From Haliotis rufescens (Eukaryota), in NCBI RefSeq assembly GCF_023055435.1, contig NW_025963891.1:9424001-9488000 (forward strand): 64,000 nucleotides of DNA. The letters are read 5' to 3'. The notes beneath the pieces are model-generated. The model saw only the letters and a list, made by a program, of their open reading frames with translations. It was not told the DNA's origin and made no database searches. Position 1 is the stretch's first letter. Each line of letters starts with the position of its first letter. Shown in pieces: positions 63,349 to 64,000 of the stretch. The position numbers were made by a program, and so were the translations under genes.

Positions 63349-64000
63349 ATTGTATAACACTATAGAGTTACGATAGTCGAATAGCAGCAACGCTTTGTGG
63401 GACGCAGAGCCTTGATATTGTATTAAGTTCGTAATTGTTTAAAAAAGGCGGCGTTAACCAAAAAATAAACTCACAACAAGCATTTACTGGAGATCATGAT
63501 GAATGTATTATGGTTATAACTGAAAAGTGTAGGTTAATTGAATATATAACCTTTACCTTTGAAATATACATTTCTTGTACAGTGTATGTCCATGCATGTG
63601 AATTGCACATATCTACACCGACCATACGAAAATTAATTTTAAATTTCAGATAAAATGCCTCCGTTTAAAAGTGTTTGAATGACACTATAACGACGGCTGT
63701 ACAATACCTCGCAAATACAATCTTACCTAGTTGAACGCATGGCGGAAATACCAACGAATACCACCACCATACCATCAGCCGTGGTATGTATTCCCACACC
63801 TATATGCGTAGCACTATTGACTAACTGCGCCGTTAAAATGAAATTAATGTTACGATAAACATGCTCGAGTGGGGCTGGCACAACATATATTAGAGCCCTA
63901 ATCAAGCTTTTGTTACGCAGTCTATCTGTTGTCTGGCAAGCTGTGGTGAAAACAATCTCTCATCACTCAACGACGCCAGTGACCTTATCTCAACAACTGT

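Noticed and set aside
1-64000. Conserved microRNA hairpins (miR-10, let-7, miR-9, miR-124 and others) and Hox-cluster identity
   Set aside because: None recognised by eye and no homeobox exon seen; a miRBase/MirGeneDB search is needed to exclude them fully
1-64000. Minus-strand excess of SINE A and B copies as evidence of a host transcript
   Set aside because: Modest excess on small counts, and family C is balanced

Overview
Eukaryotic (animal) non-coding DNA with no intact protein-coding gene, RNA gene or CRISPR array. Every ORF in the track is explained by repeats, N-gaps or decayed retroelements. The repeat content looks molluscan, possibly abalone (inference from recalled SINE sequences, not verified). 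Four short retroposon families share a LINE-type 3' tail: A (tRNA-Asp-like head), B (long tRNA-Leu-like head with V-like body), D (tRNA head with internal microsatellite) and C (no tRNA head, beginning with a predicted pseudoknot plus hairpin). Also present are three decayed LINE/Penelope fragments, non-autonomous DNA transposons (Harbinger-, MULE-, hAT- and Tc1/pogo-like, many nested with intact TSDs), eight minisatellite arrays and two assembly gaps. About ten repeat-free, CpG-rich 0.5-1.3 kb islands look like cis-regulatory elements of a gene desert or very large intron. The best candidate for something new is the structured 5' head of family C. Coordinates were read by eye; ends of degenerate copies are approximate.
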